Source: Octopus vulgaris (Eukaryota). From it: DNA of 64,000 nucleotides. The notes beneath the pieces are model-generated. The model was not told the DNA's origin, did not search any database, and saw only the letters and a list, made by a program, of their open reading frames with translations. The first letter of the stretch is position 1; every line of letters begins with the position of its first letter. A program made the position numbers and the translations under genes. Below, piece after piece: positions 48,879-62,148 of the stretch. Location: positions 38,440,001 to 38,504,000 of the forward strand of contig OX597818.1 in NCBI GenBank assembly GCA_951406725.2, in the 5' to 3' direction.

Positions 48879-51800
48879 TAATCCTAAAGATATATTTGAA
48901 GGTTATCTTCAGGATTTTGAGTATACAAAGGAAAATATAAAAAAAAACCCTGAAGACAAAGAATTATTAATGGCATACCGTAATCAACCATAAGAGCTTT
49001 CAGCACCAACACAAAAAATGATACAGATAAAGTTTGCATTTATAGCAGCTTCTCTGAGATATTGGATACATCAGATATGAACAGAAAGATGAAAGTCCTT
49101 CACGTATGTTAGATTGAAAAGAAATATATCTGCCACTAACTTACCATGACTGAACAATGACACCACTGAACTTCTTTTTAGCTTATAAAAAGTCAGTTTC
49201 TTGGAAATGTTTTGGACAAGAAATTTAGGACTTCATTTCTAGCCTACCAATGCATCACTATATCTTCCTAAGAAGAATCCTTGGCTTGACATTAGTTGCT
49301 CATGCACTATTTCTCATAGATTACCACAAAGAGTAAAGCTTGATTAGTTATAAGGGCTACTTAAATTGTCAAAATCCAGTTTTATAGCAATTCACACAAA
49401 GGCTATGTGAACAGCTTACTCTTCTATGTGGAAGAAAAATCACTATGTTCCTGAAGTAAACATGGTAATTTATTACTAGTAAGGTAAGTACAGTCAAATG
49501 GAAATACTGTAATGCAATATAGAGTAGTTATCACCACACACCTTTAAAAAGGCTCCTGGCCCCAGTGATAATGTCTTTACAACAAATGTTGAGTAGTAAA
49601 GGTGATGTTCTTATTTCAACTGTGATAACAGAAAATTTGCTATGAGAACGGTGCACCAATTGTAGATGAAACCATTTTTGTAGCAGTCCAAACCAAGTTA
49701 ATTCAAGTAAATAAATTCTTTAAAAAAAAAAGCTTAGTTTCTTTTTGGACAGATTTCATACACCAAATAAATTACTAATGTGAGAGAGCAGTGATCATAT
49801 ATTATCAACAAAGAGTGATAAAAGCAAAGCCAACAAGGCATTTTTCAGGAATATCAAACCCATCATTTGAATATGTGTACAATTATTTATATCCATATTT
49901 ATATCTGGCAGGCAGATAATGTAACTCATAAGCTATACAAAATACTCGTATCTGATTACATTTAACATTCTGAACTCAAATCTTGCCAAGGTCAATTTTA
50001 ACATTCATCATACAAAATTGATTGCAATCACCAATAAAAGAGCACTACATTTTGATAGATTTGATTTCCGATTATCAATAAGTTTGGTTCAAACAACGAA
50101 GATTTATTTCTAAGGACAATATTCTAATCCATACAACATGTTCAGTTGTTGCAATTTGAAGTTATTTACTTTTATTTTTCAGCAACAGCAGCCATATTAC
50201 AATGATAGTAGTGTGCTTATTTTTTTTTTTTTTATCAACAAACATGTTAAAAAAAAATCAATAAAGGGAAATAACTAAGAATTTTTGGCACACACTACCC
50301 TCATTATTATATGTACAACTTTGATTTTCCAAACTTTTCCACAAGACTAAACTGGTTTGACAACTTGGAAAAAAGGTTTTGAGGTCATGCAAAAATTGGT
50401 GAAAACCTGATAAGATATACACGTTAAAATAATTTGCAATACTTGCACGTATACTTAATGTATAGATGATTTTCAACTGCAGCACATTACCATAAATATT
50501 AGGAACATTAGCTGAGCAAATTTTCTGCATTTTGTGCGTACTGAAACAGCTCTATTTTGCTTTAGTTTACAATGTTTTACGTTACCATTTTATAAATATT
50601 TCAATTTAGATTAGATTATTTTATTACATATTAAACAGCATTTAGTGATTAAAATTTTATAGAAATTAAAAGTGAAGCATTGGGAAGTATCTATTTCTGA
50701 GTCTTAAGCTTAAATTTCAAGTTTAATTTTATAACTGATTTGATTACAACATGAACTCCCAGCAAATTCAATATTCAACCTTTGTTACAATACTTCTATA
50801 CAATTTGAATTTTATTCTTTGTGAGTAAAAAGTATTCAAAATCCAGTTAATTCAAGTGATATAGGGCACTTCTCTACATATTCAGTCCCCTGTCTGAGAT
50901 CTCAAATATTAAGTTTGTAACATAGGCATTACATAACTTGCTATTTAACAAGAAAAAATGCTGAAGTTATTGACTAGCCTACATAACTGTATATATATCT
51001 TTATAGCGCTTAGCCAATTGCTCCAGCTTCGGTTCACTATTCTATTTGGAGTTAATCCCATTCTATCTGGCCTCAAGGCCATTTATTACTGCAGACTTCA
51101 AACCCTCTTCACAGTAAAAAGATAAAACGCAGAATACTAGGGAAGCAATACAATCTGAGAGTCAAGACTATTGAAAAGGTTGTTAGATGCAATGAAAATT
51201 TTAGGAAAATAAAAATACCAAAAACGAAATACAGACTGAGTTGTTGTGGAATTCTGCTTTGGGCTTTGATCCCACTGTGCAGTACCTTGTGTAAGTATCT
51301 TCTGCAATAGCCTCAGAAGTAAGATGGAAATTGAGGGAGCTCTTTGACCAGAATGTTCTTGTTTTTGGGTGTCACACCATCACAGCCAATGTAATAGTCC
51401 ATTCTGTTACAGTGGCTTCTAAGCCACCACTTTTGAGGATCCTAGAAAGGGTATGGAGTTTTCTTTCCTCCTTTGACTAAAGAAAGTAGTATCATATGAA
51501 AAATGCAGATACTATTCCCAGAGGTTTCAAAACAGAAAATCAAGCAATGTGACATTGGTATCCAAAATCTGATCTGAGAGTAAGACAACATTGAGAAAAA
51601 TTCTTTATCTTCTACATCTTTCATATCTACACATTGTTATGATTTACACCATAAATCTTTTTAGAGAAGAAAAACTCAATGTCCACTGTAAAGACAAACT
51701 ATAACCCCCCCCCCCCAAAAAAAAATTAGACAAATGCACCCAACTAGTGTTAACACTAGGTTTCAGATATATAAATCTTAATTTCCACTAACCAGAAAAC

Positions 51801-52169
51801 TGAATACAGATTGAATATGTTATTCTTTCACACAGTTTTCAGCCTATACATTTTAGCATCATGTTTGGATACTGAATGATGCTAAACTTGGCAATATCAT
51901 CCACACTGACAACACAATTTTTTTCCCCTTTAAACACAAGCTTTTCAGAATCTCCTCCCTGCCCCATCAAAGTACTATAATAGGGAGAAACAAATTTAAT
52001 AGAAAGGAAAGGAATATTCTATTTAATATCCAACAAGTAAAACTCTCAACTTATATGTCAAGTGAGGAACATTATCCATCACAATTCAATAATATAAGCT
52101 AGTTTATAAATACAGAAAGATTATAGACAATATATCATGTAAAAAAATAAAAGCCTCAAATAACTTTAC

Positions 52170-52341
52170 CTTCATCTCTAAGAGTGAACCGTCCCATTTG
52201 TGGAAAATCCTTGAAGGATTCTAAGCAAATCATCCCACCATTCACTTGTATTCGAGCAAGGCCAACTTGGTCTTGTTTTATAAATCTGGGTTTAAGTTGA
52301 GTTTTTTCACCAGTTTTCTTGTCAACCAAACATAATAAATG
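52170..52341 (-). CDS. GSPT1: eRF3 exon
   Basis: HLLCLVDKKTGEKTQLKPRFIKQDQVGLARIQ...CLESFKDFPQMGRFTLRDE; GRFTLRD is the eRF1-binding motif. Confidence 0.95.
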
Positions 52342-53933
52342 CTATAAAGAAAATGTTTGGATATATAATACAAATAAAAATTGTTAATGGTAGTAGTTTG
52401 ATTAATGTAAATTGGCATAGTGGTATAAATTTTAGTCTGTTGCTGTTTGTGATCAAATCCATTGTACATCTACCCTTTAAGATTACAATTAAAAAAATTT
52501 ATGAGAGTATATTTGAACAAAAAGTCTAGACAGTCACTCCACAAATTAAACCATTAGTTTAAGAAGAGCTTTTAAAGTAAAAATTAGATGAATAAGTAAA
52601 AAAAAATTGTTTAAGCATCACTGTAAGAAACAATAGTATTAAAACTATCCTGTAGTAAAAGAAAAATCCATACTTGGAGGATACAAAAATGACATTCCAG
52701 TCTTGTATAAAAAAACACTAGAAGCAAATATATGAAATAAGTTATTGCCTAAGGCCCTAACTCAATAAGAGCAAATAATAAAAATTCTAAAATTCAGCAG
52801 GAGACTCATTCTGAGGCATCAGAAGGTCTGATTCAGAACCAATTCAAATTATTTCTAAATTGTCAAAAAAAAAAACCCAAAAAACAAAAACAAGATTGTA
52901 TTCAAACACCATTCACTGAGAAAGAATTATGGACAAAAAATTTGTTCTCTCAAAAACCCACTACCAGTTTTTAAGGTTTGGTGCAAGGCTGAGAAGAATT
53001 GATCTAGATGAACTTATCAGTAGGGAAGGAAGTTACTTTGAAAGCATAGCAGCCATAAGAAAATGGGAAAAGTTTAGGAGTTATTTACTCTGCTTGCCAC
53101 AAGAGGACTCTTTAGACATGAGGGGTTATGTATGCTTGTGTATGAAGACTGGAGAGAAATGAAGCCAGCAGGGTCTATTGGATGTGAAATGCTAAGTGAA
53201 CATGATCAATGTGATACATATGAGACGAGGAAAAAATTGTAGAAGAGGAATCAGATGAGTGCAAAAGAGAACACTCCTAGGACAAAATGGGTATGCATGG
53301 AAACAGGCAGGTAAAGAAGTGCCTGGAAATCCAAGTGGTAAAAACTGTGAAGAGAAAGACCAAAGATACGTGAAAACTGCTCCTCACAAAGATGACAAAG
53401 GAATGCAACAATTGGCAAGGCACTGTGTCAGAGAGGACCTATCCACACCATACAAAATCATCATCATCGTTTTTGACTGTGGGCTGGCAAACCAGATGGC
53501 TGCACCAGGCCCCAGTCTTGATTTGGCAGAGTTTCTACAGCTGGATGCCCTCCGAGAGTGTAGTGGGTGCTTTTACGTGCCACCGGCACGGGGGCCAGTC
53601 AGGTGGTACTGGCAAATAAGGAAAGCAAAATAGGTAAACAGATTGCAAATATAAATGACTTTTTATTTTGAGAACAGGGATGTAGAAATACCGAAATTAC
53701 AAGAAACATCTAGGTGGATATTAAAGGACAAGGAAAATCAAATTAAGACCAAAATGAATGGAGAACTTAAAATATGTGAATAATCCTTTATGTTGGACAA
53801 GAGGTAGATGGGCAACACCAGTTCATATCTATATGAAGAGAGAGAACTTTAATGAACAACACAAAATTACTTCTAGAAAGTTTAAAACAGGATCTGAGAG
53901 AGAAAGTGAAAGAGAGAGCAAAACCAAACTTAC

Positions 53934-54023
53934 TTTGATTGTTATTTCTTCTGCACAGGCATGGATATGAAGAATAGCACTGTAACCAGCACAAATAATA
54001 GATTTGTGTTCTAAGATGACAAT
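53934..54023 (-). CDS. GSPT1: eRF3 exon
   Basis: IVILEHKSIICAGYSAILHIHACAEEITIK. Confidence 0.92.
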
Positions 54024-54178
54024 CTGTTAAATTAAGACAGAGAAGACATACTATATCTAACTGAAGTTTATCATTCTTTTCAACATGTAAAATAAAATTC
54101 TAGCAAAAGAATTATATAATAAATTCAACAGTATATAAATTTATATAAATTAGAAATTGACAAAATTAAAATATTAAC

Positions 54179-54250
54179 CTGAGCATCAAATGTTTTCCCT
54201 GTATGGCATACATTATCTGGAGAACATATCACAAAACCCGGAGAGACATC
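54179..54250 (-). CDS. GSPT1: eRF3 exon
   Basis: DVSPGFVICSPDNVCHTGKTFDAQ. Confidence 0.92.
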
Positions 54251-54592
54251 CTAAATAAAAGAAAATATAGAATATAAAATTATGGAATACTTCCGCACAA
54301 ACAAGAAAATAGTATGAAGGAATTAATCTGAACAGTTTAGTGTGTACTTTTACTTTGAAATTCACACCAAAAGTTTAATTTACACAATACAGTCCAAGAA
54401 ATTCTAATGTAACAGGATAGGTCATATGTTTTGTAAGGAAACAAATCTGACATCATCAAGACAAGTTGCAATGTTTCATTATGAAGCGGGTGCAATCAAG
54501 TCATACAAAACTAAAAACAAAGATTTACATGTGAAAAATGCCGAAAATCAGATATTTCTGAAATGAATACACAAGGAATAAAAGTATGCTAC

Positions 54593-54694
54593 CTCTTCTT
54601 CAACCCCTTGAAGCTTTATTTTTACATTTTCTCCAGCACTAGTGGCATCCGTTTCAATATCATCAGACCATAACTGCATAATCTTAACAGGAAC
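54593..54694 (-). CDS. GSPT1: eRF3 exon
   Basis: VPVKIMQLWSDDIETDATSAGENVKIKLQGVEEE. Confidence 0.92.
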
Positions 54695-55116
54695 CTGAAA
54701 TGATAAAATATCAGAAGTTTAAATCTCAAATGTATCACATTTCATCGGATAGATGTATCACTAATATATTTGGTGTATCTAATTTTTAACATGAAAAACA
54801 GCTGTAATTTCTGCTGAAAATAACTTCAGCAAAATGATAGGTATAAATTGGATGCTTCGTGATTAATATTTTCACATTATCTTTCACATAAAAAGCATTA
54901 ATTGTATGTTTTTAAAAAACTTATTCCACTAAAATCATCTGTGCAACCTTGAGAGAAAAACTTTTGATAAGCACTTTAAATGGAACATAAGTAGTAACAC
55001 TATTCTGGACAATAAAAGTTCTCATAAAAAAGTACAAGGTCACAGATCAAATTTCTCTAAGACTGAAACATCTAAATAATTAGTCATATCATTTAGATGA
55101 AAAAATTGATACTTAC

Positions 55117-55197
55117 TTTATTAGGCATGAGGCATAGAGTTTGATTCTTTGATAAACTGCCAGATTCAACCTTTCCAATAACAATTGTTCCCATATC
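55117..55197 (-). CDS. GSPT1: eRF3 exon
   Basis: DMGTIVIGKVESGSLSKNQTLCLMPNK; AG/GTAAGT. Confidence 0.92.
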
Positions 55198-56835
55198 CTA
55201 TTAAGAAAAATATAAAGAAAAACATGTAATATTCTATGAAAACTATGTAAAATATTTTATTGAAGGTGGGGTGGGGTATCTGACATTAACTTATCCAACC
55301 TTTTCACACTAAATTGAAATCGAGGTATATTTGTCTACCACTAATTCAGTGAAGCCAAACTGCTTTCATACTTATTTCACTTTTACATAAGTCAAATAAA
55401 ACAAAAGTGCACTGGGTAGGTGGGACCCATAAATCTTGCACATATTACTGACAAATGTAAATATTTAAGAACACTTCCAAAGAAATCTAACAGGATTTAA
55501 TGAACTTATATAAATATATTTATTCAGACCTTTACTTTTCAAACTAGAGCTCTGCAAAACATAACCCGAGAGCAGAATTTTACAAATAGGTGCCCATGGC
55601 AACTAACAATGACAGAAAAAAAGTACAATACAATTAAGGTGCTAAGATATACCAAGGATGATGAAATGAAAGGAATGCAATGAATAACTTCTCAGTTCAG
55701 AAGCCACTGCATTAATAGGCCAGTAACTGTAACAAGTTTTTGATAATCAACCTGACATTTATTTTCTGATAGAGTTTAAGTGGTTTTTGTATGTATAATA
55801 GCACTAGATATCAGAGCAGTTGCTTTGTAGAACATCAGCAGTTTATCAAAGTTGATATATTTCTGGCTCTAAAGAGAAAGCATAATGTTTGGGATGCAGT
55901 ATTCGCAGTGTTAAACATGAGTGAGAGAAAATCTCATCAGATAATGTGATATAGTGACAAGAAACCAGCTTTAAGAAATGGGATATAAGTGGAGCCCACA
56001 AGCAAACATGGAACAGTAAATGTTATATAGCTCTAGGAGATATTTTTGAGAAGTAGTAGGACTCAGATTATCAGAAATCTTTTTGGCAAAGGACTAGAAA
56101 GGCTTGTCTACAATTTAGGAGGTAAGAGTTTGCAAGCAATGTTTTGGTGGATGAAATCTTTTAGGTGTTGCAGGTGGAATTTTTTGTTGTACAGCTCTGA
56201 GTGAATCACTTGCAGAGGGCATCTGTTATTGTCTAGTTTATGATCAAAGGAATTCCAGACACGCCCTTTCATAGTTTAACCCCCAGATAGAGTATATAAT
56301 ATTACATTACAGAACACTGGATCCTGGCACAGCCTTCCAGTGTGCCAGCCCAGTCAAACCATCCAACCCATGCCAGCATGGACAACAAACGATAAATGAT
56401 GAACCCTTTTCAATGATAGGGAAGGATTTGAGAGAGACTTTGCTATTTCTAGCAGGCCACACAACCATATGCACTTTCCATTGGATGAAAGATGTGAAGG
56501 GATATTAAGCATTTTCATATCTGTTTTGTTAGGTTGAAGTACATTATCAAGAGCTGTCAACACAGAACTGATGGAGTTCTAATTAAGCATCAAAAAGTAA
56601 AACAGCAGGGAGATGTTATGTAGACTGCCTTAATTAATTCAGTAGTCTGAAGGAGACAGAATTAAGAGGCAAAAGATGAGAAAGTAATTAGAACGGTTTC
56701 ATTCAGAATCTTTGTTTGGGCAATGGGTAGGCTGTTCACAATTGCTTCCTTGACGGTGAAATAAAAGGATGAGTGAACAACCTGGAGTTGTGTGCATTGA
56801 ATTCATCTTAGAATCGAAATACATGTTCAAATTAA

Positions 56836-58694
56836 CCCTTTCGTTACTAACTTGACTGAAAAATTTTTTGGTTCATAAGACCAACCCGGCCAAGAGTACC
56901 CATTGTTATTTAAAAGTAAAATTGAACCCAAATCTCGTTAGTACATTTGTTAAAACACATGATTTCACTTTGCAAACAGTTGAGTCATTGTATCCGACAC
57001 TGTTTGGCATGATATTTGAACTCGGTGAATTTTGGAAGACTTTTTTGGCATTAATTTTTTCCAACTTCGAAAATGGAGAGGAGTTTCATGCTATCAAGCA
57101 GTGATTCCAAATCTGAAGGCTTTTCAACAAAAGCACATGGTGAACAAAAATGAATCGGATATTTCTGCATTCGAAACCGAAAGCAGCGATTCTGAAGAAA
57201 CAAAGTGGCGATAGCAAGGATGATTTTACACCAGAATGGAGTAAAAACTTAAAATGTTTTTATTAAGAAATTTTCTGAGGAGACAGAATCTACCAATAGT
57301 CTTTCTCAGGAAGCAAAACCATTAGACTTTTTCTTTTAATTTTTTCCAGCATGCTTGTTTGAAGCGATCACTGTGGAAACAAACCGTTACACAGAATGTA
57401 AACAAGCTGGAAAAAAAGATAGCTTGTTTTTTCCTACAACCGTAAATGAAATACGGGCATTATTTGCCATAAATATTATTATGGGGATTAGACAGTTACC
57501 TAGAATTACTGGAGCAATCAGTACGTTTCCAGTATTATGACCCGATTACAATTTGTGAAACTGAACCAGTATTTACATGTGAGCGACACTAGCAGTACCC
57601 CAGTACATGGAGAACCAAACTTTGATCCTTTATTTAAAAGAAGACACTTCATCGACTGTGTTCAAAATACATATAAAACATTTAACAACTCAGAGATACT
57701 TATTCATCGATGAGGGTATAGTGGGGTATAAGAGTTTGGAAAATTTGTGAAGCAAATACTGGGTACTACTGTGGATTTAGCTTTTATATGAGGAAAAGAG
57801 ACAATAATGTTAGTCAGCATGGCCTAGGGTATGATGTAGTCTGGAATTTATCACTTCCATACCATAACCAGGGCCATATATTATTTTTTTTATTGATCTT
57901 TTAGTTTGGTCAAACTTGCAGTGGATTTAAAAGCCGTGGCAACGTATACATGTGCTACAGTAATTGCTAGTAGAAAAGGGCTGCCGTTGGATATAAAAAA
58001 AGCAATTAAGGGTTTGCAAGCGGTGCGACCATCTGCAGTTCCGAGCAGATGTAGGTTATTCCTCCAAAGAAAATTAACTGCAGGAAGGAAAAGCAAAGCC
58101 TGCCAGAGAGATATACCTCTGAGTTCAGCCGATCTACATAAATTAGAAAAAATAACAAAGAAAAACTCCCAGTAGACAGCCAGTTGAAACATCTTCCCAG
58201 TGTGCATTCTGCAAGGTTGCAGTATGTAGAGTGGGGTGTTTTACAAATTTCCATCACAGAAATATTGTGTGAATATTGTTTGTATCTATGTATAATTAGA
58301 GTGTATAAATATTTTTCAAATTTACTTAGTTTTACTTTTTATTTTAATTTACCTGTAAGGTGAGTGACAAGTTTTGATTTAATTTCTATTGTAAATCTTT
58401 GTTATATATGCTCCTGTGTATTCATGTATGTGTGTGAGTATATTTCATTTAGTTGCTGTATTTAATTTTCTAGTTTTCTTCAAAAGCAAATTCCAGTATT
58501 TCAGTTTATTTTCACCTTAATGTTACACCTGTTCTTCTGTGCCTTAAATTCAACTATGTTCCAAATATCATATGTTGATAAGTAAAAAAAAGTTACAGTT
58601 GTTTAATGAAATTGGTTTAAATTCATGATTATTTTAGAATTTAATTGAAACTCATGAGGGGTGTATTTTGGTCAGAAATATAGTAATGAAAGGG
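56836..58694 (+). mobile_element. Degenerate piggyBac transposon
   Basis: TTAA|CCCTTTCGTTACTA ... TAGTAATGAAAGGG|TTAA; remnants ETNRY, EIRALFAINIIMGIRQLP, FIDEG, GLGYDVV, TVIASRKGLP with frameshifts. Confidence 0.85.
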
Positions 58695-59127
58695 TTAAGA
58701 GACAAAACAGTGAACAGTTGGTGGCTAGGAAATGGTAAAGAAACAAGACTGGAAAAGGAAATCTGAGCCTGAGCAGCTGTAAGTTTTTATCACTCATGTT
58801 CAAATGAGATACGTCATATAGGCACACACAACATATAATAAATGAAATTGGAAGGCCTGGATAGCAGAGATGGTTTGAGATTAAGTGGTTTCCATAGGGA
58901 GTATGTAGGATAGTGAACTGAAGTCCATGAATAATGGTTTACAATTTAACTGCTTAACACACAACTATTTCAGTTTGACATGGATATTTTAAGTACTCCA
59001 TCATTAAGTAATTCTGACCTCTAAAAAATCTAACTATACTATTTTAATTGCAGTCATCGTGAACATTTTCCTAATATAACATAATTGAGAGTTTGGGGTG
59101 GTGGGAAAAAAAAAAACAAAATAATAC

Positions 59128-59368
59128 CTTGTATCTATCAACAACTGGCACTCTTACAGGGCCATCTGAAGCTCTGTTTAGTGAGGGCATATCATCTAAA
59201 TATTGGATTAATGCTGGCCCTCGGAACCATGGACATACTTCTTCTGATACTACATCTTTAAGGAAAGCACCAGTTAATCCTGACACTGGCATAAAATAAA
59301 TATCTGTTTTTGGATTAAAGCCACATTTTCTTAGGTAAGGTATAAGCTTATCATGACATTCATTGTAC
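59128..59368 (-). CDS. GSPT1: eRF3 exon
   Basis: YNECHDKLIPYLRKCGFNPKTDIYFMPVSGLTGAFLK...CPWFRGP...VRVPVVDRYK. Confidence 0.95.
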
Positions 59369-59524
59369 CTATAAGAAAAAGAAAAAAATCCACTTAAGTT
59401 TTTCCGATCCATTAAAGACAATACAAAGCTCAAACTGGTCTAGTCATACAAGAATCACACTCATAACAGAACTGATATTTTAATCAAGGAAAATCAACAG
59501 TAAACAGAAATTAAAGAGTTTCTA

Positions 59525-60745
59525 TTGGGTTGTCCGGAAAGTTCGTGCCGATTTTTAAAGGAAAGAAAAAGGTCATTACATTTTTAACCAACCAAATATG
59601 AACCATTTTGTTGCACAATGCGTCTCCATCTTTCCTTTAACTTGAAAATACCCTCTTCCCAGAATCGAGGTGGTTTCATGGCAAATAATTCATCAAGGTA
59701 TCTTTTTACAGCATCCAAGGAATTGAAATTTTTACCATTAAGACTATTCTATAGAGACCTGAATAAGTGGAAATCCAAAGGAGCGATATCTAGTGAATAT
59801 GGTGGGTGGGGTAACACATCCCAGCTGACCTGCAGCAATTTTTGTCTGGTTCCCAAAGAAACATGTGGTCTTGCATCATCATGTTGGGAAAAACACCCTG
59901 TTGGCGAATTCTGGACGTTTCTCTTGAATTTCTGCATTTAACTCGTCCAGTTATGTGCAGTATTTCTCAGAATTAATTGTCTGGTTACTTGGGAGAAGCT
60001 CATAGTACAGAATTCCTTTCCAATCCCACCAGACACAAAGCAAAACCTTTTTAGGGTGAAGACCTGCTTTTGGGGTGGCTCATGTCGCTTACTCCAGGAT
60101 CGCTTTCTCTGAACATTTCAGTAGATAATCCATTTCTCATCACCTGTCACAACTTGCTTTAAAAAAGGCGCGTTTTTATTCCGTTTATAAAGCTAATCAC
60201 AGATGGAAATGCGATCCAAAAGGTTCTTCTCACACAACTCACATGGTACCCAAACATTGGAGCGATTTGTGTACCCAAGCTTTACCAGGTGTTCACGAAC
60301 GACAGATTTTGATAGGTTGAGGCTTTCTGCCAATTCTCAGGTTGTGGAATGTGGGTTATTCTCAATTAACGACTTAATTTGGTCATAATCTGTAGTGGAT
60401 GGGCTGCCTGATTGCTCTTTATCAATAAGGCTACAATCTCCAGCTTGGAACCTTGTGAACCACTTCTGTACAGTTCTTTTGGATAAATAAACATCACTAA
60501 ACTGTGCATATTCCTTTACGGAAAAATAAAAGCTTCAAGAACCAAAAATGAACTTTCTTCCATTTTAAAGGATTACAGAACTAACACAGGTTATAGGAAC
60601 ATAAACCTTCTTCCATGAAAAGATAGCTTAAACTATGCTCTAAATGGAGGTGTAGTCAAATCCTATTTTATGAACTCAACCGTATTCTAAAATAAGTTGA
60701 AAGGTAAGCTACTATAAATCGGTAAAAACTTTCCAGACAACCCAA
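59525..60745 (-). mobile_element. Near full-length degenerate mariner
   Basis: TA|TTGGGTTGTCCGGAAAGTT ... AACTTTCCAGACAACCCAA|TA; WVPCEL, TGDEKW, HDDARPH, HPPYSLDIAPLDFHLF. Confidence 0.9.
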
Positions 60746-61722
60746 TATAGCTAATTACCAACTGGATCGTAATCTTTTAGAATTACATCTGGCCTTTATA
60801 ATTTAGTTTGTTAAAGAAGTTCTTTATATTTTCAGTTTTCAAAAATACTCAAGTGCATCATAATTAAAATAGTATACACATGTTAATAAGAGATTCTGTA
60901 TCTCCAAATCTATGAAACAGTTGTGGTAACAAATTAAAATATTAAACATGCAACAAGATTCATTAAGACAATCTCCTAAGCTTAAAAAAATCCAAAGCAA
61001 TGAAAAGCTGTAAAATTAATCCTTTTGTTAACCTATCTCAAACAACACACTGCCTAGGTTCCATTTACTTTTTAACCCTTTAGTGTTCAGATTACTCTGT
61101 TAAATGTAATACTTTTTCACTCAAATTGTTTTTAATTAATCATGCATTATCTTATAGCTTTGAGGTTTCAATGACGTGATTGTTCAATTTTAGAATGTCA
61201 ATGTAGGTTAGGTGTTAAAGGCCTGATCTGGTCAGTTTAAACATAAAATAGGTAGAAAACTTCAGCCGGATATGGCCAGTTTAAACACTAAAGGGTTAAG
61301 TAACCAAAGATTTAAAGAATAAGTAGTAAAATATGAGTTTAAAACCTAAATATCAAACTTGTGTTTGGAGCACAACTAAATATAAAAAAAAATATTACAC
61401 AAATATAGAATGAAATTCTTACCACAAAACTAAGATATTATTTCAGTTTAATGTAAATGTAATTAAATTTTTAAAAATAAAATACACTTTATGATCAAGA
61501 TTATCAGGTTAGTATTTAACAAAATCTGTACCCATTCATAGCAACAATTCCCTTTTTCATAAATTCAATGTATATTAGATTGATAAAGTCAAATTGCAAA
61601 GCTTTTCTACTGTTTCAAAAAGTGACCATTTGACAGTTCCCTTTTCACTGAATGCTATGAAATAGAAGCTAATATTTAAGACATTAATAACTTTTTCTAC
61701 CAACATAAATAAGCTACTGTAC

Positions 61723-61877
61723 CGTTTTTCTGACCATTCCACTGTTGGGTCATCCATTTTATTTATGAGAACAACTAAATGTTTCACACCAGCCGTCTTA
61801 GCTAACATTGCATGTTCTCTTGTTTGTCCACCCCTTTCAAATCCAGTTTCAAATTCACCCTTTCTGGCAGAAATCAC
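61723..61877 (-). CDS. GSPT1: eRF3 exon
   Basis: VISARKGEFETGFERGGQTREHAMLAKTAGVKHLVVLINKMDDPTVEWSEKR. Confidence 0.95.
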
Positions 61878-61967
61878 CTAAAAGATGAAAATAAAATAAA
61901 ATATCACAAAATGTTATGTGAGAGAGAGAAAGAGAGAAGAAAGAGAAAAAAGTAAAGAGAGACTCAC

Positions 61968-62148
61968 AAGAATAGCCATATCAGCTTGCGCAGCACCACC
62001 AATCATATTTGGTACAAAGCTTTTATGACCTGGAGCATCTAAAATGGTAAAATGTTTTTTTTCAGTCTCAAAATATGCTCGTCCAACTTCCACAGTTTTC
62101 CCCTTTTCACGCTCCTCTAAATTTGTATCCAAAGCCCAGGATAAATAC
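61968..62148 (-). CDS. GSPT1: Eukaryotic peptide chain release factor 3 (eRF3/GSPT), first exon visible; 5' exons lie beyond the window
   Basis: [56 protein letters not shown], the eRF3 G-domain. Confidence 0.95.

Noticed and set aside
54700-55100. Intronic C/D snoRNA in eRF3
   Set aside because: Only partial box-like words, with no terminal stem or recognisable rRNA guide.
57355-58257. Domesticated PGBD gene
   Set aside because: Multiple stops and frameshifts, with TIRs and TTAA TSD retained; a fossil transposon.
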